Assembly (NCBI RefSeq): GCF_000485595.1
Contig: NW_014577072.1
Location: 744,041 to 799,362, forward strand
Direction of reading: 5' to 3'
Length of the DNA stretch: 55,322 nucleotides
Source of the DNA: Priapulus caudatus
Lineage: Eukaryota
Shown: positions 1 through 11,659 of the stretch, piece by piece
Layout: each line of letters starts with the position of its first letter
Numbering within the stretch: position 1 is the stretch's first letter
Notes under the pieces: generated by a model
Told to the model about the DNA's origin: nothing
Databases searched by the model: none
Seen by the model: the letters and a program-made list of their open reading frames with translations, nothing else
Program-made: the position numbers and the translations under genes

Positions 1-81
1 AACTGTTGACGGACGGACGGACGGACGGACGGACAATCATGCGATTCTACAAGCTGCATCTGACTATGTCAGATGAGCTAA
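1..81 (-). mobile_element. End of a DINE-1/HINE-like non-autonomous Helentron derivative (truncated by window edge)
   Basis: (GGAC)n microsatellite, then ggacaatcatgcgattctacaagctgcatc, hairpin catctgac-tat-gtcagatg and terminal gagctaa. The same end occurs at ~34650-34710, ~40783-40841 and ~41308-41373. Confidence 0.65.
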
Positions 82-1278
82 CAACCTAAAACTACCTCGG
101 GTACATATCTGTAGTACCTGATACGACAACGACCCCATCTGCACAACTTTCCATTTACCATTCATAACAGCGTTGTGGCAGCGTACGATAAATAAATAAT
201 TGCATTAGGCAAGTAGTTTGTTAAATAGTCTTTCACCCAATTGTTTACTAGCAACGTCGCCAACACGTCCCTGTTTTTTTCCCCGCGCATTTAACGAATT
301 AAATTTACATGTGACGTCGGGGACGTACAGAGAAAGGGAGAGGAGGAACAATTATACTCGTTGAGCAAGAAGGTGTGTTGGAGTGACACGAGCCCATCGC
401 TGCGTACAGCTATTATGTGTATGTGACGTTAGCACGCATTCATCCAACGAACAGACGACTCTGCCCTGTGTACGCTGTTTATACGCGTTCTATAGGGCTT
501 GGACACGCCTCGTTAAAACGCCACCACAGTGAACACGCAATCAACAGTGCTGCCGATATTATATATATTTATAGGCATGGTACGTAGCGTAGCGCTTAAT
601 GAAGCCGAGTACTAGAACTCGCATCAACACGTGGATACATGGCCGTTCGCCTGCTGTACGGATACTTGATGAAGTGCATACATGCAACTTATTATTAAGA
701 TTTAATTACAGACGATGCGTTATTGCAATCAAATCACTGAAAAAATCCGAGTATAATAATGAGAAAATTAGCTAAAGTTTGTGAATTATTTAGCCAAAGT
801 TGTCTTGGCCGACTTTTCAAACGACTTCTGACAACACATTTCTAAAATCTCTTTCAGACATGAATACGCTTTGATTAATTGCCTGATAAAGTTTTTTCCT
901 GGCAATAATGTAAAAACAACACTCACGCTTCAGCTGCCTCTTGCCCAACTATCTAAATGTTTGCGGTACAATTTTTCCTGTAGTTTCTAGGTATAGCATA
1001 CATCTCAGCTATCGTCAATTTCGTCATCATGAAATTCCCGGCCGTTATCTGTACATAATGCTCCTAACAGCTGCCGAATAGACAGCTTAGCTTTGAATCA
1101 CTCACTTAAAGAGATGATGGCTTCCAGAAAAAAGGTAAAATATTTCTGTCACGCACCATGCAGACACGTATGTATTGTGCTGCGTGCACCAACTGGATGG
1201 CCATCAAATAATCATTACTCTCAATCCAAATGACCTCGCTGACGGAGGACGAACTTCATCACTGCGCATTTACACTCA

Positions 1279-2452
1279 CCATTGCACATGTGTAACCATC
1301 ATTGCACAGCTACACGCATCATTGTGCATCCACAATCACCATTGCACATCTACAAGGATCATTGCACATGTACAATCACCATTGCACATCTACAAGCATC
1401 ATTGCACATGTACATGCATCATTGCACATCTACACGCATCATTACTCATCTACGAACATCAGAGTACATCTACGATCTACACGCATCATTGCACATCTAC
1501 AAACACCAGAGTACATCTACGAGCATCATTGCACATCTACAAACATCAGAGTACATGTATATGAGCATCATTGCACATCTACAAGCATCATTGCACATGT
1601 ACATGCATCATTGCACATCTACACGCATCATTGTACATCCACAATCACCATTGCACATCTACACGCATCATTGAACATCTACAAGCATCATTGCACATCT
1701 ACAAACATCAGAGTACATGTATATGAGCATCATTGCACATCTACAAGGATCATTGCACATGTACATGCATCATTGCACATCTACACGCATCATTGTACAT
1801 CCACAATCACCATTGCACATCTACAAGCATCATTGCACATGTACATGCATCATTGCACATCTACACGCATCATTGCTCATCTACAAACACCAGAGTACAT
1901 CCACAATCACCATTGCACATCTACACGCATCATTGCACATCCACAATCACCATTGCACATCTACAAGCATCATTGCACATGTACAATCACCATTGCACAT
2001 CTACAAGCATCATTGCACATGTACATGCATCATTGCACATCTACACGCATCATTGCACATCTACAAACATCAGAGTACATGTATATGAGCATCATTGCAC
2101 ATAGATCTACGAGCATCATTGCACATCTACAAACATCATTGCACATCTAAAAACATCATTGCATATGTACAAGCATCATTACACATCTACACGCATCATT
2201 GTGCATCTACAATCGTTAATATGGATGCACAAGCATCATTGCACATGTACAATCATCATTACAAAAATAAGAGCATCACTTCACATCTACAAGCACCATT
2301 GTAAATCTTCAAGTATCATTGCGCACCGACAACCACCATTGCACATCTACATGCATCATTGCGGATATACAAGCATCATTTCCATCTACAAGCATCATTT
2401 CACAGTTACAACCATCATTGCGCATCGACGACTCGAGCATCATTGTACATCT
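1279..2452. repeat. 20-bp minisatellite, consensus CATTGCACATCTACA(A/C)GCAT, decaying at the right end
   Basis: Tandem array is directly visible, with variant units such as cagagtacatgtatatgagcat. It explains the overlapping His/Cys-rich ORFs in all three + frames. Confidence 0.95.
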
Positions 2453-3007
2453 ACGACTATAGCTGTACATATTTTATATATCACTGCGCATGTGCGACTA
2501 TTAGCCTGATATCACTGAATACATAAGTGCATCTTCACGTTATATTATGCAACACGCATAAATTATAAGCATTTAAGTGTTAGAGGTGTAAGCTAAGTTG
2601 GTGACTCATGCCAGTGCAGTGCAGCGATGACTCAATTTATGCAGTGCAGCAAGCAAACCAATGACAGCCTCATTCCCAATGATGCAAATTTACTCCCTTG
2701 AGAACCCGTTTCATTATATGGAATTTTATTGCAACGTTCTGATACATAATGAAGCCTCGAGCAATGATAGGGTTACACATCCGTCGTCGTTTTCAATCGT
2801 TAATTACATCGTTTCGCAAGCGTTTAAAAAAAAATTGCACATCCTATGCTCAACAATATCTTCACCCCCGTCATTAAAATATACAGCTGGAAATATATAC
2901 GACAAGTCACAGAAGCGTGTCACGTCGACGTGGCACTTATCAACGCGCGTCCTTGTGACCCGCCACGCATTACTATTCAACACGAGCGACCACAGCTAGC
3001 CCCCTAC

Positions 3008-3201
3008 CTGTTAAGAATGGCTGCAGACACGCCCTCTGCCTCCAGACTGACAGCCATCTGCTGGCGAGTGTTGTCCTCGATATTGCGAGCCTCGTCGTCA
3101 TCGTCGTCATCATCGTCGTGGTAGTCGTCATTGATTAGCTGCGGCATCGCGTGCACGTTACTCTGGGCTAAGCTTGGAGCCAGTCCTGACTCCTCCAGCA
3201 C
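3008..3201 (-). CDS. Orphan acidic protein, coding exon (VLEESGLAP...DDDDDDDE...SLEAEGVSAAILNR)
   Basis: AG acceptor at 3202-3203 in phase 0 joins the NAINK end of exon 5057-5911. It ends either at a GT donor (3006-3007) or at TAG (3004-3006). Confidence 0.65.
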
Positions 3202-4269
3202 CTACATGTATGGGAAAAGGATTACGATGCAATCTCGTGCAAGTGTGTTTCATTACGGCATGCTCTCTATACAGTAGTTTTATCTTGAATGCAGGCCGCT
3301 GATGGACAATAACTTAACCTTCTTTAATCTCGCGTCACAATGCTCGTCTCGTCGAGATTAGCCCATATGAATTTGTGTAGAGTTAAGAGATCTGAGTGCG
3401 GCAGATGCCAGCTCGCATATTGCAAAGGTTGTTTTTGCTCGAGATGATGATGACCTGACGTGAAGCTATAGTCTATAGATTTCCTTCTCTAATTACTTTT
3501 AACACGTATTGCAAGATTGCTGGGATGATGACATTACTACATGGCAAATGACAGCTGTGAGACCTATACATGTAGCTCAATCACACAACTGCAATAAAAA
3601 CAATTTACGTGACATGAATTGTGGCCGACTGCTGAGTGATTGCTATTGGCCCTGCTGGAGTTAAGAATAAAGTGAATTGCAGTAACACATACAAATAATT
3701 TGCAAATTCACAGGGCTGCTCATTTTGTAGTCACGACCCTTTTGATGTCATAATGTACTATCACTCAGATTTAAAAAAAACCTAAACAATGTAAAATACC
3801 GCATCTGACTTGTTTTTCGTGTGATTGATACATGTATATATAAAGATGAAAATGCACATGAATGAAAAATTCTTATAATATGTACACAGGGCATAAAATT
3901 TAGATTTTCTTGCACTGGGACAGAGAGCTGGCTGGTATCAGCAGTTTTTTTTTACCGGCCCTCACCATAATTTACCAACCCTCACAAATTTTGCTTTTTA
4001 TCCAAAATAAAGATAAGACTGTTTCACTGATCTCTTGCTTGTAATTGATTTTGTAATTTCTTGCTGTCTATTGTCTGGAAATTATTGTAGTTTGCGGCAT
4101 CGCGTAGTAGCGTTTGAACAGAGTATACTATAAGTACTAGATATCGTGTATGATGTCCAAAGTGTTTTTGTCAATGTCATATTTCACGCTCGCATTTTCT
4201 ATTTCAAATTTGTAAAATGTTGATAAATTATGGCGTGATATCCTTCTACTCTAGGGTAAAACAGTAATG

Positions 4270-4674
4270 CAGGGGTAGAAATTTACTTTTGAACACTTTT
4301 GACTACCCTCAAAAAGAGGGAGTCCGCAGCAAAATTAGGGAGTTCGCAGTCTGAGGTTCAAAATTAAAGATATTAATATCGCAAATAACGCATGTGCTTA
4401 TTTTTAAGATTCATGCGGTTGCACGTCCGCTAAATTTTCTTTGGAAATTAGTTGAAAAAATACCGTAATTCCGCAAGGCCGTGCTCCGGAACAAACTAGT
4501 TAGTATGGCAGAATTTTCAGGGAGTCACACGGACTCCTGCATATGTCAAATCAGGGAGTCCGACAGTAAATCAGGGAGTCCGACAGTAAATCAGGAAGTC
4601 CGACAGTAAATCAGGGAGTCCGACAGTAAATCAGGGAGTATTCGACTCCGGACTCCCGTTAATTTTGCACCCTG
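4270..4674. mobile_element. hAT-like MITE with internal 20-bp tandem repeat
   Basis: Termini caggggtagaaatt / aattttgcaccctg; gtaatg on both flanks; (cagggagtccgacagtaaat) x4-5 at ~4552-4640. Confidence 0.6.
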
Positions 4675-5056
4675 GTAATGTAGGACATTTGCTAAATAAA
4701 AATGTAGGTACTCGCTAACATGGCTGAAACCACCGGCCCAGAGGACCGCTGTGGACATTTATGAATGAATACAAATATCTGTTTTTTAGCATTGTATGAG
4801 TGTTGTAAATTTATCAAGCTATAGCTTTGCATTTCCGTTTTGGAGCACTTAACATTTTAATGGAAACGTTCAAAACCCATTTTAACTTTGGTGAAATAGT
4901 TCATACCAACAGAAAGCCAGAATTTGAATTGGGCCTATAATAGCAGCAGACATATTGCAGCAGCCAGCATCAAAATGTCTATGAGCTACTCGTATTCATG
5001 AATTTTAAAGCTTCACGGCATGTTCCATAAATATGTGTGAAACCTCGAAACCCTAC

Positions 5057-5911
5057 CTTATTGATAGCATTGTCGATGATGCTGCGTGCCATGTGTCGTG
5101 ACTGCCATCTGCGTAGCCGCACGTACGTCTGCGTAATAGTGTGGATCACTCGCCGAGCAAAGTCCTGCACCGCCTCCTCCGTCGCCGCGGCTGTGGCATC
5201 TCCGACCTCATCACTGCTGCTGCTGCTGCTAGTGTCGGAGTCGCCCGATTCATACAACACAGCCTCGTCCATCAAGGCCTGGCATGCCTGCTCATCAAGC
5301 GCCATCGTCGCCGACCCGGCATCGGCAAACTCAGATCTGAGCGTCCACGCTTCTTCCATTGGAAATATCTCAACCGAATTGCTTCTACCTAGTGAGTCCA
5401 TGTCCGTTCGCTCACTTTTATTACTTGGATTGTTGCAGATTTCTAAAGATGTCATAGGTGACGCCGTCCCGATAGTTAAGTCTGTATTTTGCACATTACA
5501 GTGAATTTCCTCGACGTTCTGCTGACTTGTTTGACAAGTTAGAACCTGGTGGTTAGTTCTGACCTGACCTTCCAACAATTGCTGTGTAGTATTAGAATCT
5601 TCTCCACAGTTTATGCATGCGTCCGTTTGCTCAGTACACACCTCGCTTTCTTTCCTTCCTGTCTTAGTACTACGGAAACGTTTAGAATTTGAGACTGTGT
5701 TTGTACCACCATCTACCGCTAGGCATCTCTTTACAGATGTGCAAGTACTACTGCTTGGCATCTCCAATGAGCTTTCATCAACCGTAGCATTTAGTTTGCT
5801 TTCGGTTTTGTGTCGATATCCCTTGATCTCAGAAAGATGGCGAGCTTTTTGCAACGTCTTTCTTGGTGCCGTTTCTTGCTCCATACTGTAGTTTGCACAA
5901 TCAGCACTGGC
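5057..5911 (-). CDS. Orphan acidic/Ser-rich protein, large coding exon (ATG at 5884; frame is open back to the acceptor)
   Basis: 301-aa ORF 4979-5884; AG acceptor at 5912-5913; GT donor at 5055-5056 after ...RSIIDNAINK, in phase with the next exon. No domain recognised. Confidence 0.7.
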
Positions 5912-6639
5912 CTAAAATAAGATTGAATTTTCTTTATATACTCTTGGATATACAGTGGATGCAAATCTAAACTATTACAAGTTGTATGACATGTAAAATA
6001 TGCAGACCAAGCATTAGCAGCAGGAATGCACTAGAAATAGGTATCAGTAAAACTGTATTACATGGTTGCAGGAATCCACTTGTCATGCCTGTACACAACT
6101 TTATAATTAAAAATAACATTTGATCCACCCAGTTCATCTTATGAGATACTGTTTATGTATAAGTCTATCATACTAATTTTATTGTTTTTACTATTTTATA
6201 GTATAATAATAGATAAAGCAATATTTTGATTTTTTTAACTGTTCGTACTAGGGTCATAGACACAAGTGTCTGGGAGGTGATTCTGGGTAAGCCTAATTAA
6301 CGGACATTGTACATACATGATAGGATTAAGTTTAAGTTAGTATCAGGGTTGTGGCGATAATTTATGATGATAACAACGTCTTCATGTATGTGGGTCCTAA
6401 AGTAGGCTTGCACAAAGGATGCTATGAGTCAACCACCAAATAATTATCAAGATTAAGAACCCCTTATGCCGTAAGCATAGAGCCAACCCACTATTACCCG
6501 CCACCACCTTACCCTCCCATACAGCAAACTGTGTGTAGTTGAAATGTCAGCAAAGAACAGAGGTGATCTAATGGTTAGCAACTTAGCATGTCTAGCTTTT
6601 ACTTCAAAGACTGTGAGTTCCAACAGTTGGAACAGTGTC

Positions 6640-6712
6640 CACAGGCACTTGGGCCATTTCAAAAATATAATGATAGTAAATAAACACAAATAGTATTATG
6701 ACCAAAGTCTTA
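6640..6712. mobile_element. Diverged terminal fragment of the CACAGGCACTT P-like MITE family
   Basis: cacaggcacttgggcc...aaatataatgatagtaaataaacacaaa resembles the termini at 7905, 8853 and 28275. Confidence 0.5.
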
Positions 6713-7173
6713 CCATTTACCAAGTTTACTTACTAAAGTTATAATCTTCATGTACTCTTTATTTCCTAATAATACTATGTAAATGTCATTAAATCTCACA
6801 TCATCTCATACAATCTCACAGCATTACATACAATCACACACCATTGTCCACAAACACACAGAAAGACAGAGATCTTTCTTCACCATATATTTCACTCTAT
6901 CTGTGAGTTTATCACCGTAGACTGCATGTACTGTGTTCACGTATTATTACTATGTGACAGAGAGCCCATAAACATTAGGTCTTTTGTAGCAAATACAAAT
7001 TGTGCTTATTTACTTTCATTTCATTGATGAAACGGCCCGAATCTGCTTTAAATGCTCCTCTGCAACAAGCAGTCTCACTGCACGCAGGGCACAAGCCTGG
7101 TTTAGCACATATATATATGCAAAAACACATTTGTGGGGTACCAAACTATCCTTGATCCCACGCAGTGCACGCA

Positions 7174-7175
<2 letters not shown>

Positions 7176-7208
<33 letters not shown>
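7176..7208. repeat. (CTA)n microsatellite
   Basis: Direct inspection; explains the poly-L/S/V/T ORFs. Confidence 0.95.
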
Positions 7209-7604
7209 GTAATAGTATCACACCTGTCACTACTGTGCACACATTCATAGAAAGAAAAGGTGTTAAAGAATCAATTATAACGGCCAAAGTGCCTACGTAC
7301 CTGTATGTACTACTACTCTAAAATTGTAGGTCTGCCCCCAGTCTCAGCAAAGAGGTTGGCTTGGAATAAATAATGCTCAATTACGGACTAGACTAGTAAC
7401 CCAACCCTACTCTTGTTGAGTTACATTATTGACTATTGTATCTAATCTGACCAACTGCCGAAACCGACCCAGATCAGTAACCTCACAATGATTAGTCTCT
7501 GAAGTCGAAGAAACTATACCAAAAGAATCGGAAGACGGGCACCATTAACGATGAAAATGCAAATAACAACAGGCAATAACACCAACTGACACTGTGTCAC
7601 TGTC

Positions 7605-7881
7605 GCTGAGAGGGTCTATGTCCCCCGGGGTACTGCCGGAACGTACCCTGGGTACGGTTTGGTATACCAGAACGTACCCTGGCACTATCTAATATGCTGG
7701 ACCGTACTTCGCCTACTCCACTAACGAGTCTAGCGAGTCGCCTACGCCTACTCCCTAACCCTAATCCTAACCCTAACCATATCAAATAGTGACCAGGGTA
7801 CGTTCCGGTATACCGGACTGTACCCAAGGTACGTTCCGGCAGTAACCTGGGGACATAGACCCTATATGTCCTACTATGAGC
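7605..7881. mobile_element. Mutator-like MITE with (TAACCC)n core
   Basis: TIR gctgagagggtctatgtcccc / ggggacatagaccctat...atgagc; same family as 24290, 25148, 37172 and 43815. Confidence 0.85.
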
Positions 7882-7904
7882 CCAACTGACACTGTGTCAC
7901 TGTT

Positions 7905-10042
7905 CACAGGCACTTAAAGCGTTTCAATAAAATATAATGCTAAATAAATACGAAATCTATTTACTACCAAATTCTTAATGTTTCTATACTATCTTTCACC
8001 TATTATTGCCGAGAGTTTCCTGTAAATTCCGTCCAAATCCTCTATGCACACGCTGCCGGCCGCCATGGCTGCCGCGGCTGCACTGTGCACACTTACACTT
8101 ATAAATATAGCCGGTAGGAAAGCGTGATTGCAAAATCTGCTCAACGCTCGCTTCATTTCACACATTTACAGTACGAATACACATTCAACAGCTTCCATCT
8201 TTGTTTCTATTTCAACAACAGTGTTCACTTGTTATAAAAACATACTGTCTCTGTTCGTAACCGAGCTGTGTCACGCGAAATCACACAGACTGACAAAATT
8301 CTCGCGTTCGCTCCCTTTGCCCAGTAAATGTAAATGGCTGTCAGAATCAGGAAACACCCACCAGCGCTCTTCGTGACCTCATTCTTGCACCGCAACGCTG
8401 CAACGTTTTTGCAACGCTCCAATGGCGAGGCTCGTACGGGAGTTGGAAAGCAGTGCGCCGCCTATAGCCCATAGACTGGTACTCGCTCCCACCTCTCGGC
8501 TTAGCTTAGTTACTCGATGGGTAATCGAGGTGGGAGCGAGTACCAGTCTATACAGACCTGTACTTGCAGCCATTTACATTTACTGGGCAAAGGGAGCAAA
8601 CGCGATAATTTCTTCCAGTCTTTGTGTGATTTTGCGTGACACAGCTTGGTTACGAACAGAGACAGTATGTTTTTATAACAAGTGAACACTGTTGTTGAAA
8701 TAGAAACTAAGATGGAAGCTGTTGGTTGTGTATTCGTGCTGCGAATGTGTGAAATAAAGCGAGCGTCGAGCGGATTTTGCGATCACGCTTTCCTACCTGC
8801 TATATATAATTAGTGTAAGTGTGCACAGTGCAGCCGCGGCAGCCATGGCGGCCACAGGCACTTGAAGCGTTTCAATAAAATATAATACTAAATAAATACG
8901 AAATCTAATATTAGTACTACAAAATTCTTAATGTTTCTATACTCTCTTTCACCTATTATTGCCGACAGTTTCCTGTAAATTCCGTGTAAATGCTCTATGC
9001 ACACACACTACCCGGCTGCCATTGCCAACTGTGTACAGTGAAAGTTAAATATAGCACGTAGGAAAGCGCTCGACTCAAATCCGCTCGACGCTCGATGGAT
9101 TTCACACAATTACAACACAAAGACACAACCATTCTATTCCATCTTTGTTTCAATTTCAACAGCAGTGTTCACTTGTTAGAAATACAGACTGTCTCTGTTC
9201 GTAACCGAGCTCTGTCACGCGAAATCACAAAAACACTGTCGAAATTCGAGCATTCGCTAACGTTGCGCAGTCAATGTAAATGTTTGCAAGTACGTACATG
9301 GCTATATGCATTTTGGGAAACTACCACGCTGCTTTCCACCTCCCGTACGAGCCTCGCCATTGGAGCGTTGCAAAAACGTTGCAGCGTTGCGGCGCAAGAA
9401 TGACGTCACGAATAGCGCCGCTAGGTGTTTCCTGATTCCGGCAGACATTTACATTGACTGCGCAACGTTAGCGAACGCTCGAATTTCGCCAGTGTTTTTG
9501 TGATTTCGCGTGACAGAGCTCAGTTACGAACAGAGACAGTCTGTATTTCTAACAAGTGAACACTGCTGTTGAAATAGAAACAAAGATGGAGTAGAATGGT
9601 TGTGTCTTTGTGTTGTAATCGTGTGAAATCCATCGAGCGTCGAGCGAATTTGAGTCGAGCGCTTTCCTACCTGCTATATATTTAACTGTCACTGTGCACC
9701 GTCGGCAATGGCGGCCGGGTAGTGTGTGTGCCTAGAGCATTTACACGGAATTTACAGGAAACTGTCAGCAATAATAGGTAAAAGAGAGTATAGAAACATT
9801 AAGAATTTTGTAGTACTAGTATTAGATTTCGTATTTATTTAGCATTATATTTTATTAAAACGCTTCAAGTGCCTGTGATGGCGGCCGGCAGCGTGTGTAC
9901 TTAAGAGGATTTGGACGGAATTTACAGGAAACTGTCGGCAATAATAGGTGAAAGAGAGTATAGAAACATTAAGAATTTGGTAGTAAATAGATTTCGTATT
10001 TATTTAGCATTATATTTTATTGAAACGCTTCAAGTGCCTGTG
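7905..10042. mobile_element. Palindromic P-element-like MITE (outer copy)
   Basis: TIR cacaggcacttaaagcgtttcaataaaa / ttttattgaaacgcttcaagtgcctgtg with arms of ~430 bp; degenerate 8-bp TSD tcactgtt/tcgctgtc. The CANRG start and 8-bp TSD fit the P superfamily. Confidence 0.85.
8853..9877. mobile_element. Palindromic P-element-like MITE (inner copy, nested in opposite orientation)
   Basis: Same TIRs; perfect 8-bp TSD atggcggc at 8845-8852 and 9878-9885; central spacer inverted relative to the outer copy. Confidence 0.92.
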
Positions 10043-10080
10043 TCGCTGTCAGTGTGAGTGTGGGCCGTTAGTGGTGCCGT

Positions 10081-11039
10081 AGCTCTAGCACTATAGCCTG
10101 CGTACAGTTGCCACTGGGCTATAGAACGAGCCATTCGGGATGCGAGGGACCAACTTAGACCCGCTTATACGCGGCTATAAAACGTCTGTGGTAGGCAATT
10201 AATGCCTCTTATCCGAAGTGAATATGCCTTAAGTTATATCAGCTACTAAAATTTAACCTCTAACTATCGTTGAAATGGTCTACTTGCAGTATTTCTGGTA
10301 AACGAACATTCGATTTGCGAACTTCAAACGGCCATTTCTGGCGGCGCTGTAGACCGAATAATTCTGTCCCATATAACCTTTTTTATATTTTGGTGAGGGT
10401 TATATTGGGACAGAACGGGATTCATTGAAATTTCGTGAGATCGCATGCAAAATGCATGCGCTGCGAATGCGGCCCGTACGCCGCTATTGGCGCGAAAAAA
10501 AAAGTTTTTCAGCGTTAGGGTGAGGGTTCTAGCTCATCTAAACTCTCAAATCGTGAATTCATTTCCCAAGGCGTTATTTCGAAATCTAGCGCCACCGCCG
10601 CCATCTTTGTCTCGTTAAGTATGAAAGCGAATGGACTCCCGTACCCGTAGCCTCGAGACATTAAGATACGGCTACCGTACCCGTAGCCACTGCGGCTGCC
10701 TATTTAATTTGTTACCGATAACAACAATGTTTTTGTCTACAACCAACACAACCCGCCCAGCCCTCCACGTACGGAAATACATACTACATAGTTCCCGCTG
10801 ACTGGCTGGAGTAAGTTGGTCCCGAGCACTCGTAATGGCTGATGCTATAGCCCAGTGGCATCTGTACGCGCGCTAGCTCTAGTACTATAGCCCGCTTACA
10901 TTGACTGCCGCTGGCCGCTGGCGTCGACTGAAGGCGCAGGCCGCGGGCGACATGAGTGGCCAGCGGCAGTTCATGTAAGCGGCTATAGTACTAGAGCTAT
11001 ACGCGCGCTATAGTAGTACTACTACTAGAGCTAGAGCCC
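10081..11039. mobile_element. Complex foldback / MITE-like element
   Basis: Flanked by direct repeat agtggtgccgt (10070-10080, 11040-11050); inverted repeats ~10100-10158 / ~10812-10869; hairpin ~10873-10999. Confidence 0.55.
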
Positions 11040-11659
11040 AGTGGTGCCGTTCATCTGGCTTGTTCTGTTCATACTTGAAAATGATTTCTATTTGTGACTT
11101 CAGAAAATTATCGAATCTTTCAGCCCACACCAAAATAACAACACATCAGAGATCTGTTCGCACAATTTTATTACCACTTACCGTGTATTATCAATTATGT
11201 ATTGTTCAGTTTGTTGCGAAAAACTAGTTATCAAAACATTAGCGACTCCATATTTGCGATTGTGCTGCCACGCGCGCGGCGTTTGACGGGCGAAAAACAT
11301 TTATAATTCGCCATACGAAAAGATTTATCGATCACACTTGCTCTGGTTTTGACATGTATGGGGGTGTCTATATTCAAGCCGGTACGGGAGATTACGGTAC
11401 GCATATATTTGCTAATATATTGACTAATCGTGTGTCAATAAACTCAATATTCACAGAGAGACGTTTTTGTCGTGAATATATCGCATAAAAAATCGTTGAA
11501 AACGTTCACCTTTTGCTCACTAATAATTCAGTGACGGATTTCACAGTGTGTGTCTCTGGCTTAAACGAGCTCTCATCTGAATTGCTATGTTCATGGCAAA
11601 CACATTTTTAATGAAACTTCGCGATCCGCTTAATTACAAAACAATCGTGGTTTGTTCAA

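Noticed and set aside
1175..2509. His/Cys-rich ORFs as metal-binding proteins, or the array as a CRISPR
   Set aside because: They are translations of a 20-bp tandem repeat in all three frames. There are no unique spacers and no cas genes, and the context is eukaryotic.
3887..4940. Larger hAT-like element enclosing the 4270 MITE
   Set aside because: The left end (cagggcataaaatt) is suggestive, but I found no convincing right TIR or TSD.
5037..5891. Plus-strand ORFs of 155, 83 and 92 aa
   Set aside because: Antisense shadows of the minus-strand coding exon.
7597..9503. Short ORFs such as [12 protein letters not shown]... and ...LERCKNVAALR..., which recur elsewhere
   Set aside because: They recur because they lie within MITE copies; no transposase motifs.
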